Notes: generated from the sequence alone by a model not told the origin. A DNA stretch of 57,391 bases from a virus (IMGVR_UViG_3300027708_000083:1-57391); one strand, 5' to 3'; shown: positions 37,215-46,835, numbered from the stretch's first letter. A program made the numbers and translations.

Positions 37215-38028
37215 AATCTAACCATTCATATATGTTTAACCACTGTCGTTTACCAACAGTTTCTTTTAGGTGTTTGAGATCAGCGCAGGTTTTCATTCTC
37301 ATGCGCATTTGATCCTCCAATGGGATTGGAACAGTTCTAATCTCAACACCTTCTTGTTCTGCTATGTGTTCTGCGATGGCCAGGAAACTGTGTGACAGTC
37401 CAGACCCAACATTCCAAATTCCACTTCCCTTGACCGTGGTAATAAAATCTGTGTGTAACTTACAGATATCTCCGGCCCAGGTAAAGTCTCGTTTGATGTT
37501 ATCAGCACCTTCCCAAACTTCTATATAGCCGTCCTTTTGTGCTTGCTTGCGCCATTTGTATATGATGTTGGCACGGCGACCACGTAGGTGCATCCATTTG
37601 CCAAACACATTGTGATAGCGGAATCCCTGTACAAATATGTTTTGCTCTTGTTGAAATACCCATCGGTCAAACAAATACTTTGAATACGCATAAGCAGTCT
37701 GCGGATAGCAAGGTGCAGTTTCGCTGGTGTCTTTGGTATTACCATATACCGAACTGGAACTTGCATACTGCAAATGAGTACCATGCTTGTTGCACTCATT
37801 GAATAGCCATTGTGAAAACTCGTAGTTTTGCTTAAAAACTTTATCTACATCTTTTTCGGTCATGTCGGCAATGGCTCCTAAATGCACTACCCAATCGTAT
37901 TCAACAACGGATGGACGTTCTTTTGGATCCCATTCGTACCCATCGATCGTCCATCCGTCCTGTTGATGCAACCAAGCAGACATGTTCCTGCCAATAAATC
38001 CCTCATGTCCGGTTAGTAGTATCTTCAT
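37204..38028 (-). CDS. ADP-heptose 6-epimerase-like SDR (copy 1)
   Basis: TGHEGFIG, HLGA, YASSSSVYG, YAYSK and KRDF. Confidence 0.8.
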   Translation of the reverse strand: MKILLTGHEGFIGRNMSAWLHQQDGWTIDGYEWDPKERPSVVEYDWVVHLGAIADMTEKDVDKVFKQNYEFSQWLFNECNKHGTHLQYASSSSVYGNTKDTSETAPCYPQTAYAYSKYLFDRWVFQQEQNIFVQGFRYHNVFGKWMHLRGRRANIIYKWRKQAQKDGYIEVWEGADNIKRDFTWAGDICKLHTDFITTVKGSGIWNVGSGLSHSFLAIAEHIAEQEGVEIRTVPIPLEDQMRMRMKTCADLKHLKETVGKRQWLNIYEWLDYEA

Positions 38029-38032
38029 GATA

Positions 38033-38431
38033 CTATTTACTTACAGTATAGTGCTCTACTAGGTCTTTTAGATTGTCTGTAGTTAATGGTAAAAACCGTT
38101 TTGGAACTTTGGTCACTTTAAACTTCCATTCTTCGATAATACTGTCAATTGCAGTTTCTAAAGCGGTGTGGGTTTGGCTGATCCATTCTGAGTGTCCGGC
38201 TCCGCTTAGATCAATATCCCAATTAAACTGTTGTTTAACAGCTTGTTCTAATCTGCTAATGACACGAGCCGGGCCGATATAGACAACATCAAAACAGGCC
38301 ACATGACTTTTACGACTGTAGCTGTTTTGATATACACCAAATCGGACAGCAGGATTACCCGTGATACCTACCTTGCTATCTATAGAACCCATGGGGTCCT
38401 TAAAGATATACAGTAGTTTCTGTCCTTTCAT
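38033..38431 (-). CDS. GIY-YIG/T5orf172-like protein
   Basis: LYI...KVGIT....R...E...EW pattern. Confidence 0.6.
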   Translation of the reverse strand: MKGQKLLYIFKDPMGSIDSKVGITGNPAVRFGVYQNSYSRKSHVACFDVVYIGPARVISRLEQAVKQQFNWDIDLSGAGHSEWISQTHTALETAIDSIIEEWKFKVTKVPKRFLPLTTDNLKDLVEHYTVSK

Positions 38432-38432
38432 A

Positions 38433-39641
38433 TTAGACCTTCCATTGACAAGTAGGCGCCGGCAACATGACCTTGCCGCCTGATTGCTTGTAGAAGTTGA
38501 TAATAGCATTGAGCACACGGAACTTATCGTGCTGTGGTTGCTCGCCGGCTATGGTAAGACTGTTAACAGCTGACCAATAACTTTCCTTGAGCAGTTCTTG
38601 CACTTCTTCAGCATCACCATAGGCTTTACTCAACATTTTGGCAAGTTCTGTATCAAAGCTGGCTGGGATATTGAATCCCTGTACACTTGCCCAAGCATAC
38701 AAATATGCCATCGGACGATACAGTTCCAAGACTAAATGTCCCTTCTTCCAATGATTGCGTTGGAACGCAACAGCACGGCTCCAGAACGCACCGTTACTTG
38801 GCCCGGCTCCACCTTCTAGGTCATAACATTCGATGCCACTCTTAATCTGTGTCCAGGCACCGTCACAACTGGCGTGGCGCTTGGGCATACAGCCATTTGA
38901 AGCTAGTATATTGTTCATTGCAACAAACTTAGGGTCAAGTGTTTCTAGACCAATCATAAAGTCGTCATACGGTGCCAGCGGGCGTTTGTTCAACCCATTG
39001 ATGCGGCGCATGTTCTTGCCAGCGATGTAACAGCCGAAACGGATACGTTCTTCGTCAGTGTCGCCAAAACCTGCGTTCTCGATTTCAGCAGTGGTAAATT
39101 GATCCAAGTCAATGATCCATGCTGGAAACTTGGTGTAGCCTTTAAGGCGGCATACTTGCACAGTATGATGACCATCCCAAACACAATAGATAGTAGCGCC
39201 TGTTATCAGGGTGATCTTGATGATACAGGGCACGATCACTGAGCTTTCATCAAAGTCGAAATAAATCTTCTTTACGTGGTTAGGTGCTACATCTCGTTGG
39301 AAGATCGTCCACAACCAAAGGTCATGCCAACTAATATAGTCGAAGTATTCTTTGGGACGCTGTCCAGAAGCATATCCCAAGAAGCCGCCGCTTGGATCGT
39401 GTCCAAATGTAATGTTGTGGAATGTTGGACCTAGTACGGTTACAATTGCCTTGTGTATTTCTTCACAAGGAATAGGACCGTCATTGAAGTTTTTAGACAT
39501 CTCTCTAAGATCGATGCTGTCATCTTCCATATCAAATTCATGTTTGAAAGATTTAACAAACTGTATAATAGCTTGTTTTTTATTGTAAGGTTGCGACTTA
39601 CGATTGCGGGCCTGCTTGGCCACGAGAGACATTGTTGCCAT
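38433..39641 (-). CDS. ParB/Srx-like (DGQHR-type) domain protein
   Basis: FQRD...HV.KI...F...VWDGHHT motif. Confidence 0.55.
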   Translation of the reverse strand: MATMSLVAKQARNRKSQPYNKKQAIIQFVKSFKHEFDMEDDSIDLREMSKNFNDGPIPCEEIHKAIVTVLGPTFHNITFGHDPSGGFLGYASGQRPKEYFDYISWHDLWLWTIFQRDVAPNHVKKIYFDFDESSVIVPCIIKITLITGATIYCVWDGHHTVQVCRLKGYTKFPAWIIDLDQFTTAEIENAGFGDTDEERIRFGCYIAGKNMRRINGLNKRPLAPYDDFMIGLETLDPKFVAMNNILASNGCMPKRHASCDGAWTQIKSGIECYDLEGGAGPSNGAFWSRAVAFQRNHWKKGHLVLELYRPMAYLYAWASVQGFNIPASFDTELAKMLSKAYGDAEEVQELLKESYWSAVNSLTIAGEQPQHDKFRVLNAIINFYKQSGGKVMLPAPTCQWKV

Positions 39642-39716
39642 TTTGTTTCCTTTGCGCCTACTTTTATTTCGGCTGGGTTAGATCGTTTTCACCTATTTAC
39701 TTCCGATCATGCAGTT

Positions 39717-39812
39717 ATTATATATAGAATCATTTTAGTGGTCAACTAGTTTTGGCTAGATTGAAGTTGAATACCAAACTGTGTTGACTTTGTTTGCCAA
39801 TGGCTGTACAAT
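39717..39812. promoter_or_regulatory. Divergent sigma70 promoter pair at the major strand switch
   Basis: Minus: TTGACC-N17-TATAAT (39745-39717). Plus: TTGACT-N17-TACAAT (39784-39812). Confidence 0.7.
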
Positions 39813-39841
39813 TAGGACATGCAACGATCTAAGGAAGTAAT

Positions 39842-40045
39842 ATGGATGTGACGAATGCGGCTGGTGTTCTGGCTGGAAGTATATTAACAGGGTTGGCCCT
39901 TGTAGTAATAGTAGCTACGATTGTAGCCATTAACAATATCTTTCACAGATATTGGAAACCCGTAACCTTGTGGCGATACGACTCGCTACCTGCAAGATTT
40001 GCAGATCCGACAGAATTGAAAGAGACTAATGCTAAACAAATTTAA
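39842..40045 (+). CDS. Small membrane protein
   Basis: AAGGA RBS and one TM helix. Confidence 0.65.
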   Translation: MDVTNAAGVLAGSILTGLALVVIVATIVAINNIFHRYWKPVTLWRYDSLPARFADPTELKETNAKQI

Positions 40046-40156
40046 ACAGTACAGGCAATTCTTTATTGGATTCTTAATGGCCACAGCATTTTGGATGTGG
40101 GTGGCTAATGAGATTGAAATTCCCGAATACACTATAACTCGAACCACGCTCTGCAC

Positions 40157-40453
40157 ATGAAAAAGTTTACTGTGGTTCGACTAGATCGGCGACACAAAGC
40201 CCACAATCTATTCAGTCATTATATTATGCCTGTTTGGTCCAGTCAGCTTGCAGATAAGTTACAGTATTTCGAATGGCGCAATTGGTGTTGGGCTACTTGG
40301 GGACCTGGCATGGAACGTGAAGAAGCTATCGAGTGGAGTGGTCACTACTACCCTGTAGGTCGCTGGGCTTGGCATACAGGGAATGGTGCTAAACGGTTGT
40401 ACTTTCAAACTGAAAAAGAATTGAATTGGTTTGTTTTAACTTGGAGTGAATAA
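40157..40453 (+). CDS. Hypothetical protein, F..E....F.L.W family
   Basis: C-terminus YFQTEKELNWFVLTW. Confidence 0.7.
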   Translation: MKKFTVVRLDRRHKAHNLFSHYIMPVWSSQLADKLQYFEWRNWCWATWGPGMEREEAIEWSGHYYPVGRWAWHTGNGAKRLYFQTEKELNWFVLTWSE

Positions 40454-40545
40454 TGCATTGGTTAGTTCCTGTAGTTTTGGTGTTAACTGGTAACATCTTT
40501 TGGGCATTGTTGGTAACATTTATTTTTATATTGATGGAGTAGATC

Positions 40546-40743
40546 ATGACAGAATGGCGATTTAGAGGTTTGATGGCTATCATGGCTGTATGGTTGACAA
40601 TTTGTGTGTACAGCATTATAATATACAAGCCCCCACAGGCTATGTGCCTTAATGGTATTGTTATGGTGCCAGACAAAGGCGGAGACATGTGGGTTCAAAA
40701 GGGCCTGTGGGCCACGTACTGTATACCTGTAGATAAGGATTGA
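40546..40743 (+). CDS. Small membrane-anchored protein
   Basis: N-terminal TM helix and GGAG RBS. Confidence 0.55.
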   Translation: MTEWRFRGLMAIMAVWLTICVYSIIIYKPPQAMCLNGIVMVPDKGGDMWVQKGLWATYCIPVDKD

Positions 40744-40744
40744 T

Positions 40745-41101
40745 ATGGCTGGTTGGAATACAATTCAAAGAATTCGCAATATCGAAGAAAAAATTGATCA
40801 ACTGGGCTTTAAGTTCAGCAAGAGCAAGCACAGTGATTGGTCGGAAGATCACGGTGCTCTAAGCCTTGTGCCAAAAGATCACGAATCTCTGCCAATTTAT
40901 TCACGCGATGCTGAACTGTTTGTTGGTAGTTTAGAACGACTTGAAGATTGGCTAGCCGGTGTGCGCTGGGCCCGTGAATACGACATGATGTTAAAGTTAA
41001 GCGATGAAAAGAAACGTGAAGCCGCTGAACAAAAGGAACGCAATCGCCAATTGATGCGTACACTCAAAGAAGGCAAGCGTGTGGAAGGAAGTGTAGGATG
41101 A
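40745..41101 (+). CDS. Hypothetical protein
   Basis: Tightly packed 118-aa ORF. Confidence 0.7.
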   Translation: MAGWNTIQRIRNIEEKIDQLGFKFSKSKHSDWSEDHGALSLVPKDHESLPIYSRDAELFVGSLERLEDWLAGVRWAREYDMMLKLSDEKKREAAEQKERNRQLMRTLKEGKRVEGSVG

Positions 41102-41568
41102 AAAAGATCTATTACGAAAAGATTGGATGCAAATATGTGCCTGTTGCTGAGTATGACAACGACTTCATGGACGGCTTTACCAAAGGTACTCATTTGGTTA
41201 TGAGCTACCCTGGTGGTACTAGTCGCAGGTATAACATCGACCCCAACTATGCCGCAATGATTGCCGCTGGGCGTGTAGCAGAAGATGCTATCTGCCGGGC
41301 TATCAGCAAGGCTAGTGAACTGCGCCCTAAGCAAACTCCTATCACCGTAGGGCAGAAGAAGGCCTGGGAAAAGTTGGCAAAAGAGTTTGGTGATGAGCTT
41401 TGTACACTGCATGGGCTCAGTGTACACGACTGTGCTGAAGCTGGAGTTAAAGCCATGATGTTGGAAGCCGACAAGCTGTTGTCTAACCCAACTGTACGTA
41501 AGGCATACGAAAAGTTTTTATTTGTAGCAGAATTAACGAGAGATCATAATGAGCAAAGCAAAACATAA
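41098..41568 (+). CDS. Conserved phage hypothetical protein
   Basis: 156-aa ORF with ATGA overlap. Confidence 0.7.
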   Translation: MKKIYYEKIGCKYVPVAEYDNDFMDGFTKGTHLVMSYPGGTSRRYNIDPNYAAMIAAGRVAEDAICRAISKASELRPKQTPITVGQKKAWEKLAKEFGDELCTLHGLSVHDCAEAGVKAMMLEADKLLSNPTVRKAYEKFLFVAELTRDHNEQSKT

Positions 41569-41803
41569 GCCTTACCAATGGATTGACGGGGAGACTGCTG
41601 ATCGTATCACCAGTCTTAACCTAAAAGATTATCGTGCGTATCTTAAGAAAGAACTTAAACAGTGGAAGAAGAATCCAAAAAGTGAAGGCAATCCAGATGG
41701 TGTTTGGATGCATCCAGGAGATGTAGGTCTCAACATTCAAACTATTGCGGCACTGGATTTGATTATCAGTCACTTTGTAACTACAGAGGATGAGATAAAA
41801 TGA
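41549..41803 (+). CDS. Hypothetical protein
   Basis: 84-aa ORF. Confidence 0.65.
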   Translation: MSKAKHKPYQWIDGETADRITSLNLKDYRAYLKKELKQWKKNPKSEGNPDGVWMHPGDVGLNIQTIAALDLIISHFVTTEDEIK

Positions 41804-42006
41804 ACGAACGAATTTATGAACTTGCCGAGCAAGCTGGAGCCTATTGCGAATCACTCAGAGGTGGCGATTACAAACCGCCGGTGCTGGATCTCATGAACTT
41901 GGAAAAGTTCGCTGAGTTGATTGTGAGAGAATGTGCTGAATTGGTTGAATACAATTCAAAATGGGCAGGACGAGATATTAGAGAACATTTCGGAGTTGAA
42001 GAATGA
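41800..42006 (+). CDS. MNERI-family small phage protein
   Basis: MNERI.ELAEQAG...EKFAELIVRECA...IREHFGVEE. Confidence 0.75.
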   Translation: MNERIYELAEQAGAYCESLRGGDYKPPVLDLMNLEKFAELIVRECAELVEYNSKWAGRDIREHFGVEE

Positions 42007-42242
42007 ACTTAGATGAATACTTTACAGCCAACAGACCCAAACCCCAATACAAGTTTGGTGATAGAGTCGAAGGCACATACAAAGGCATCCCTTATGTAGG
42101 TACAGCCTACACTGACAACATGCGTAATGAAACAGAAGGACCTATGGTGAGCATACATTTAGACTTACCTATGAAGGTTGGGTCTGAATGGCTATATTAC
42201 ATTAGGGTAGGATATCACGAGATCAAAGGATTACGAACATGA
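42003..42242 (+). CDS. Hypothetical protein (SH3-like)
   Basis: YKFGDRV.G motif. Confidence 0.65.
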   Translation: MNLDEYFTANRPKPQYKFGDRVEGTYKGIPYVGTAYTDNMRNETEGPMVSIHLDLPMKVGSEWLYYIRVGYHEIKGLRT

Positions 42243-42493
42243 ACGAAAGAATTAAAGAATTGATGGACCAGGCCGACTACCCTGCTCCTGAAATGGCTGG
42301 TCGTGCTCAACGGCTGGTTGAACTACTAGTCAAAGACTTTTACGACCTGTGTAACCAGGCATGGTCGTTCAACGAACGAGAAAAGAACAAAGAAGGGCTA
42401 ACTCCAGCAGAACAACTAGTATTTGCCGGTGCTATGGCACAATGTCAGAAGATGAAAGAGAACATCGAGGAACAGTTCGGAGTCAAAGAATGA
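42239..42493 (+). CDS. MNERI-family small phage protein
   Basis: MNERIKEL...FGVKE. Confidence 0.7.
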   Translation: MNERIKELMDQADYPAPEMAGRAQRLVELLVKDFYDLCNQAWSFNEREKNKEGLTPAEQLVFAGAMAQCQKMKENIEEQFGVKE

Positions 42494-42873
42494 TTAAAGG
42501 TATTATGGGTAATAAAGGTGTTACAGTCTCCGGCGGAGATGTTAGTACACCCTATATTAACAACAACAGTAGCAACCCCATACAGGGTATGATTAGACTT
42601 TGGGGCAATGACTTTCAAGTGTTTGATGGAAGCATGTGGGTACAATTGGCCAGTAGCTATGCTACTGTAAGTTTAGATCAAGACACACAGGATTTGTTAA
42701 CATGGGCACGTACACAACGCACCCTGGAACGAAATCGTGCTGTCTTAATTGAACTCAATCCTGCCCTTGAAAAAGCATACAAGGCTGTGCTACGTGCAGA
42801 AGCTAACTTTGAAATACTCAGTAAGTTTGTTGAAAATGATTTAGATGCTGAACTCAGAGAATTGGCGCCATGA
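42490..42873 (+). CDS. Hypothetical protein
   Basis: Start at MIKGIMG with ATGA overlap. Confidence 0.65.
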   Translation: MIKGIMGNKGVTVSGGDVSTPYINNNSSNPIQGMIRLWGNDFQVFDGSMWVQLASSYATVSLDQDTQDLLTWARTQRTLERNRAVLIELNPALEKAYKAVLRAEANFEILSKFVENDLDAELRELAP

Positions 42874-43184
42874 ACATACTAAATCTACGGTTTGAATTAA
42901 CTAATCCATTTGATCGTTGGGATCACTTTCGTAATCTTGGATCCCTATTTGGCCGGATCAGTGAACACAAGGCTTGGGAACTGGAACACAGTTATTACAG
43001 TCCGTTATTGATAGATATTGACGCCAAATGGACACATAGAACAGATCATGCAGGCATAGAGATTGGCATTGGCTTGTTAGGCTACGGTGTTAGTTTTCGA
43101 ATTTACGATAACCGTCATTGGAATCACACTACTAACAGTTGGGAAGAGCACGACTTCGATGAGTACTTTAAAACTAACAGTTAG
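42870..43184 (+). CDS. Hypothetical protein
   Basis: 104-aa ORF. Confidence 0.65.
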   Translation: MNILNLRFELTNPFDRWDHFRNLGSLFGRISEHKAWELEHSYYSPLLIDIDAKWTHRTDHAGIEIGIGLLGYGVSFRIYDNRHWNHTTNSWEEHDFDEYFKTNS

Positions 43185-43407
43185 CCAATGGCAACGGATC
43201 CGTGTTGACTTACACTCCCATCATTCAAAGTCAGTGTTTATGCTCAAACATAAAATGAAACAAGAGTTAGGGTTTACCGTGCGTGAACATAATGAATGGG
43301 TTATCAAACCAGACGGCGGATATGGCGATCATTCAATCCGTCTTGATTTCTACAACGAAAGAAAGTATACTATGTTTCTACTCAAATATTCGGAGTATTT
43401 AAAATGA
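43159..43407 (+). CDS. Hypothetical protein, F..E....F.L.W-like family
   Basis: C-terminus DFYNERKYTMFLLKY. Confidence 0.65.
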   Translation: MSTLKLTVSQWQRIRVDLHSHHSKSVFMLKHKMKQELGFTVREHNEWVIKPDGGYGDHSIRLDFYNERKYTMFLLKYSEYLK

Positions 43408-43616
43408 ACGATATACAACGTATTATAGACGAGAATAATAGTCTCAAAGAAGAACTCAAACGATTGTACGGGGTTGAGCGACCATTCATCTGCGGTGTTG
43501 CAGGAGATAAGGGAGCAGATGATCTGAATGAATACATTCTAGTTTGCCCAATGTACGGAGCAGATGGATTTGCTATGTATAAAAAGCACAAAGATTACTC
43601 AGCACCGGAATATTGA
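43404..43616 (+). CDS. Hypothetical protein
   Basis: 70-aa ORF. Confidence 0.6.
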   Translation: MNDIQRIIDENNSLKEELKRLYGVERPFICGVAGDKGADDLNEYILVCPMYGADGFAMYKKHKDYSAPEY

Positions 43617-43617
43617 T

Positions 43618-43860
43618 ATGAACGAACAAATTAAAAAACTTTCTGTAGAAGCTGGATTAGATATTGCTACTAACAGCGTTGGTATGCCTATCATTGTTAC
43701 CACTAAAGATGGAAAACTAACAGATCCGAATGAAGCAATACAACGATTCGCTGAGTTATTGATTAATGATTGTACCGGAGCAATAGAGCAGTTTGCAATG
43801 ATGCAGGTTCCACCTGCAATGATTACAGGGTTAGTTAAAAAGAAGTATGGAGTAGTATAA
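43618..43860 (+). CDS. MNERI-family small phage protein
   Basis: MNEQIKKL..EAG...RFAELLINDC...YGV. Confidence 0.65.
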   Translation: MNEQIKKLSVEAGLDIATNSVGMPIIVTTKDGKLTDPNEAIQRFAELLINDCTGAIEQFAMMQVPPAMITGLVKKKYGVV

Positions 43861-44078
43861 TGGAACAGGTACGAGTTGGCATGTGGAAGTTACCTGGAAT
43901 TAAATTCCAGCCTAGTATATCAGATGAGGTAGTTGCTGAGATGGATAACTGGGCCAAAGAAAATCATTGTGGCATGTGCATGGGCCCTGGCTTCTGGTCA
44001 TTTAAAAATGAAGCCCAGCGTGATTGGTTTATCTTACGATGGAGTGATGAGTTTCCAAAAGAGAAACAAGATGACTAG
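43860..44078 (+). CDS. Hypothetical protein, F..E....F.L.W family
   Basis: WSFKNEAQRDWFILRW. Confidence 0.7.
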   Translation: MEQVRVGMWKLPGIKFQPSISDEVVAEMDNWAKENHCGMCMGPGFWSFKNEAQRDWFILRWSDEFPKEKQDD

Positions 44079-44379
44079 TCTAGTAGGAAGACAAATGGGC
44101 AAGAGTTATGTTAATAGCATAATGCAAGGATGGTATGCAAGTATGCGAGAAAAATACACACCTACAATTAAATGGCAACGTTTGCCCGGACTTAAACTGC
44201 AAGCCTATACAGATCAAGTAGGTCCACGTGGATTTGAACGTGGGCTTAATGAAACAGATATGGATCCTGTACAAGCATGGACTGATGAATGTCGTTGTGG
44301 TACACGTATGAGCTTTAATGTTTGGAAGTTTAAAAGTGAAAAGCAAATCACCATGTTCTTAATTAGGTGGGCATCATGA
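44071..44379 (+). CDS. Hypothetical protein, F..E....F.L.W family
   Basis: WKFKSEKQITMFLIRW. Confidence 0.65.
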   Translation: MTSLVGRQMGKSYVNSIMQGWYASMREKYTPTIKWQRLPGLKLQAYTDQVGPRGFERGLNETDMDPVQAWTDECRCGTRMSFNVWKFKSEKQITMFLIRWAS

Positions 44380-44756
44380 GACACCCTAACCTCAAACATA
44401 GAGACAACGCTGGAGACTTGGAGTATTTTATTTCCAAGTTCGAATGCCGTGTGGAAGACAGTCGCGAGTACAATCAATATGTGAGACCAGCACCTTACTA
44501 TCGTGATGTTTGCTCCAGTGACGATTGGCGAATGGAAACCAAGATTACTCCCATGAAAGCCATACATTTGACTTCGGACAACTTGGCAAGGCTTGTGGCA
44601 GAACAGGAACACATACAACATCTCAGTGCCGATGCTGAGTATGGCAAGAAGTGCTGGGATCACGAACGCAGAGACCGCATAGTACGTGAATCAAATCCCG
44701 CAGTAGACAAAGCCTATCAAAAGTACGTGATGCTTTTGGAGTTGGCACGTAAATGA
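44376..44756 (+). CDS. Hypothetical protein
   Basis: C-terminal NPAV.KAY.KY..LLEL. Confidence 0.65.
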   Translation: MRHPNLKHRDNAGDLEYFISKFECRVEDSREYNQYVRPAPYYRDVCSSDDWRMETKITPMKAIHLTSDNLARLVAEQEHIQHLSADAEYGKKCWDHERRDRIVRESNPAVDKAYQKYVMLLELARK

Positions 44757-45073
44757 ATTACAGTCCGGAGGTAATGGCCAATATGGGTAAATGGGTAGAA
44801 AGTCAAACTTATATATTAGAAAAAGAAATGATAGAAGCCAAGGCTAAAGAAATGTCAGATGAGATTGACAGAGAAGTGCTTTGGGGAATGTTACAAGGCA
44901 TAGGATGGACCCGTGTTATGTTGCCTCGATTGATAGATAATCATCATGCTATCGATATCTCCTATTGGCTAGAGGAGAACTGTAAAAAAACCTACGAACG
45001 CAATGGCCGTGACTTTTTATTTGAGTGCGCCAAAGATTCCAATTGGTTTCGACTACGCTGGGGAACTGTATGA
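44753..45073 (+). CDS. Hypothetical protein, F..E....F.L.W family
   Basis: FLFECAKDSNWFRLRW. Confidence 0.65.
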   Translation: MNYSPEVMANMGKWVESQTYILEKEMIEAKAKEMSDEIDREVLWGMLQGIGWTRVMLPRLIDNHHAIDISYWLEENCKKTYERNGRDFLFECAKDSNWFRLRWGTV

Positions 45074-45234
45074 CACATGAATACCATTGTGTGCATGTGG
45101 ACAAGGTTCCTACATACATACTAGCATGGATGGTAGAAACATTTGGGCCAGCAGGCACCCGCTGGTGGCATAACAATAACAAAATCTATTTCAGAGATGA
45201 ACGAGATTGGATTTGGTTTGAATTAAGGACATAA
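45070..45234 (+). CDS. Hypothetical protein, F..E....F.L.W family
   Basis: WMVETFGP..RW...YFRDERDWIWFELR. Confidence 0.65.
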   Translation: MTHEYHCVHVDKVPTYILAWMVETFGPAGTRWWHNNNKIYFRDERDWIWFELRT

Positions 45235-46040
45235 TGAAAAAAATACTATTACTATTATTATTTTGTACGTCAGCACACGCTCAGCAAGGTAGTTATGCGC
45301 TATACGATTATGATAATCTTGAGTATCAAGTATCGTATAATGCAACCGAAGTAAGACCTATTGCCAGTATTACCAAACTGTTTACAGCTATTACTGTATT
45401 GAGAAGTGGTGCTGATCTCACTGAAAAGGTACGAGTTAAAGGCAAGAGCAATGGTCGCTTCCCTAATGGCATGCTGGTTCCTAGGAACGATCTAATGAAG
45501 GCCATGCTGATATCTAGTGATAATCGTGCGGCTGAAACACTGGCCAACACATATCCCGGAGGGTTTGATGTGTTCATCCGAGATGCTAATGCTTATATAC
45601 GGGGGCGTGGTCTCATACAAACTTCAATAGAAGAACCTACAGGACTATCTCAAAACAATGTCAGCACAGCCGCAGAGCTGGTCAGTTTTCTTGGTTCTAT
45701 AAGAAATAATGAAGCTATTCGAAATTACGCAGATGATAAAACGGCAGAGATCCTAATACCAAAAGGTAAGAAGTTTATACACATTCGATTGCATAATACT
45801 AATCCCAGTATCTTTAAATTTGATAACATCCTGATCAGCAAGACCGGATTTACCAATCCAGCAGGTCGTTGTGTAATAATGCTAGTAGAGAAGGAGCATA
45901 GATACTATGCCATAGTTGTACTGGGACAACAGACTATTAAAACTCGAAGTGAGATTGCCAATGAGTTGATCACTGCTAGTCCATTGCCACCAAAGGCAAC
46001 AACCGTAGCCGATCCTATTGTATTCGAAAGTGCCATGTGA
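45234..46040 (+). CDS. Peptidase S11 D-Ala-D-Ala endo/carboxypeptidase (PBP7-like)
   Basis: Signal peptide, ASITK (SxxK), SDN (SxN) and KTGFT. Confidence 0.9.
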   Translation: MKKILLLLLFCTSAHAQQGSYALYDYDNLEYQVSYNATEVRPIASITKLFTAITVLRSGADLTEKVRVKGKSNGRFPNGMLVPRNDLMKAMLISSDNRAAETLANTYPGGFDVFIRDANAYIRGRGLIQTSIEEPTGLSQNNVSTAAELVSFLGSIRNNEAIRNYADDKTAEILIPKGKKFIHIRLHNTNPSIFKFDNILISKTGFTNPAGRCVIMLVEKEHRYYAIVVLGQQTIKTRSEIANELITASPLPPKATTVADPIVFESAM

Positions 46041-46456
46041 AAGATACTGTAGTACCACTACCTAACGGAGACTTTACCTCTACCCGTTGGCTCAAAGACC
46101 ATTATTATAATAAAGGATATATGGGTCAAACAAAAAGAGTTAAGCTAAACAAATTTATGTTGATAGAAGATCGAGTACACGAAGTGCATAGTGTTATAGT
46201 ATATAGATTCAAAATGGGTGATGTTGAAGATCCGGACCTTTATGCCGCGCAGCCACTTTGGGAATGGCAATCTAGTGAAATGGGCAAATGGGTGATGGAA
46301 CGTAGTGTAGAAACACCCGTGTGGCATAGACAAACTAGTCCACATCAATATCATACCGAATATGCTGTACAAGCCTGGCTCAAGGGAGTAGATTATTCAT
46401 TTTGGGTGCTAAAATGGGGTAATCAAGTTGACAAGGATACTGTTATTAGTGTATAA
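46037..46456 (+). CDS. Conserved phage hypothetical protein
   Basis: MGDVEDPDLYAAQPLWEW motif. Confidence 0.65.
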   Translation: MKDTVVPLPNGDFTSTRWLKDHYYNKGYMGQTKRVKLNKFMLIEDRVHEVHSVIVYRFKMGDVEDPDLYAAQPLWEWQSSEMGKWVMERSVETPVWHRQTSPHQYHTEYAVQAWLKGVDYSFWVLKWGNQVDKDTVISV

Positions 46457-46489
46457 TATGTTATGTTCAACTAGTTTGGAAAGCGTATT

Positions 46490-46819
46490 ATGCAGGCAGT
46501 CATTGAAACCACAGGTGGATTATTTCCCGCCCACACATATCTTTTGGACAGCAACAATCTAGTTGCCTATATCAAACGAGGCGAAACTGTTCCTTTTTAC
46601 TTTAAACAGCCAATCAAAGGTTTTGACCGGCGCGGTAGAACTTTTGAAAAGACAGATGACAGTTTGTTTACACAGACTCAACAACCCGCAGGTACTATCG
46701 AAGTCAAGGGTAGTAAAGGTGAAACATATACAGTTGACACAGAATCTCAAACTTGTACCTGCCCTGGATACACATTCCGTGGTGCTTGCAAACATGTAAA
46801 AGAATTGGTCTCTGCATAG
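46490..46819 (+). CDS. SWIM zinc-finger protein
   Basis: GSKG..Y.V...CTCPG..FR..CKH; TTGACA-N18-TATAAT upstream (46428-46457). Confidence 0.8.
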   Translation: MQAVIETTGGLFPAHTYLLDSNNLVAYIKRGETVPFYFKQPIKGFDRRGRTFEKTDDSLFTQTQQPAGTIEVKGSKGETYTVDTESQTCTCPGYTFRGACKHVKELVSA

Positions 46820-46835
46820 AGCGTTAAATACTGTT

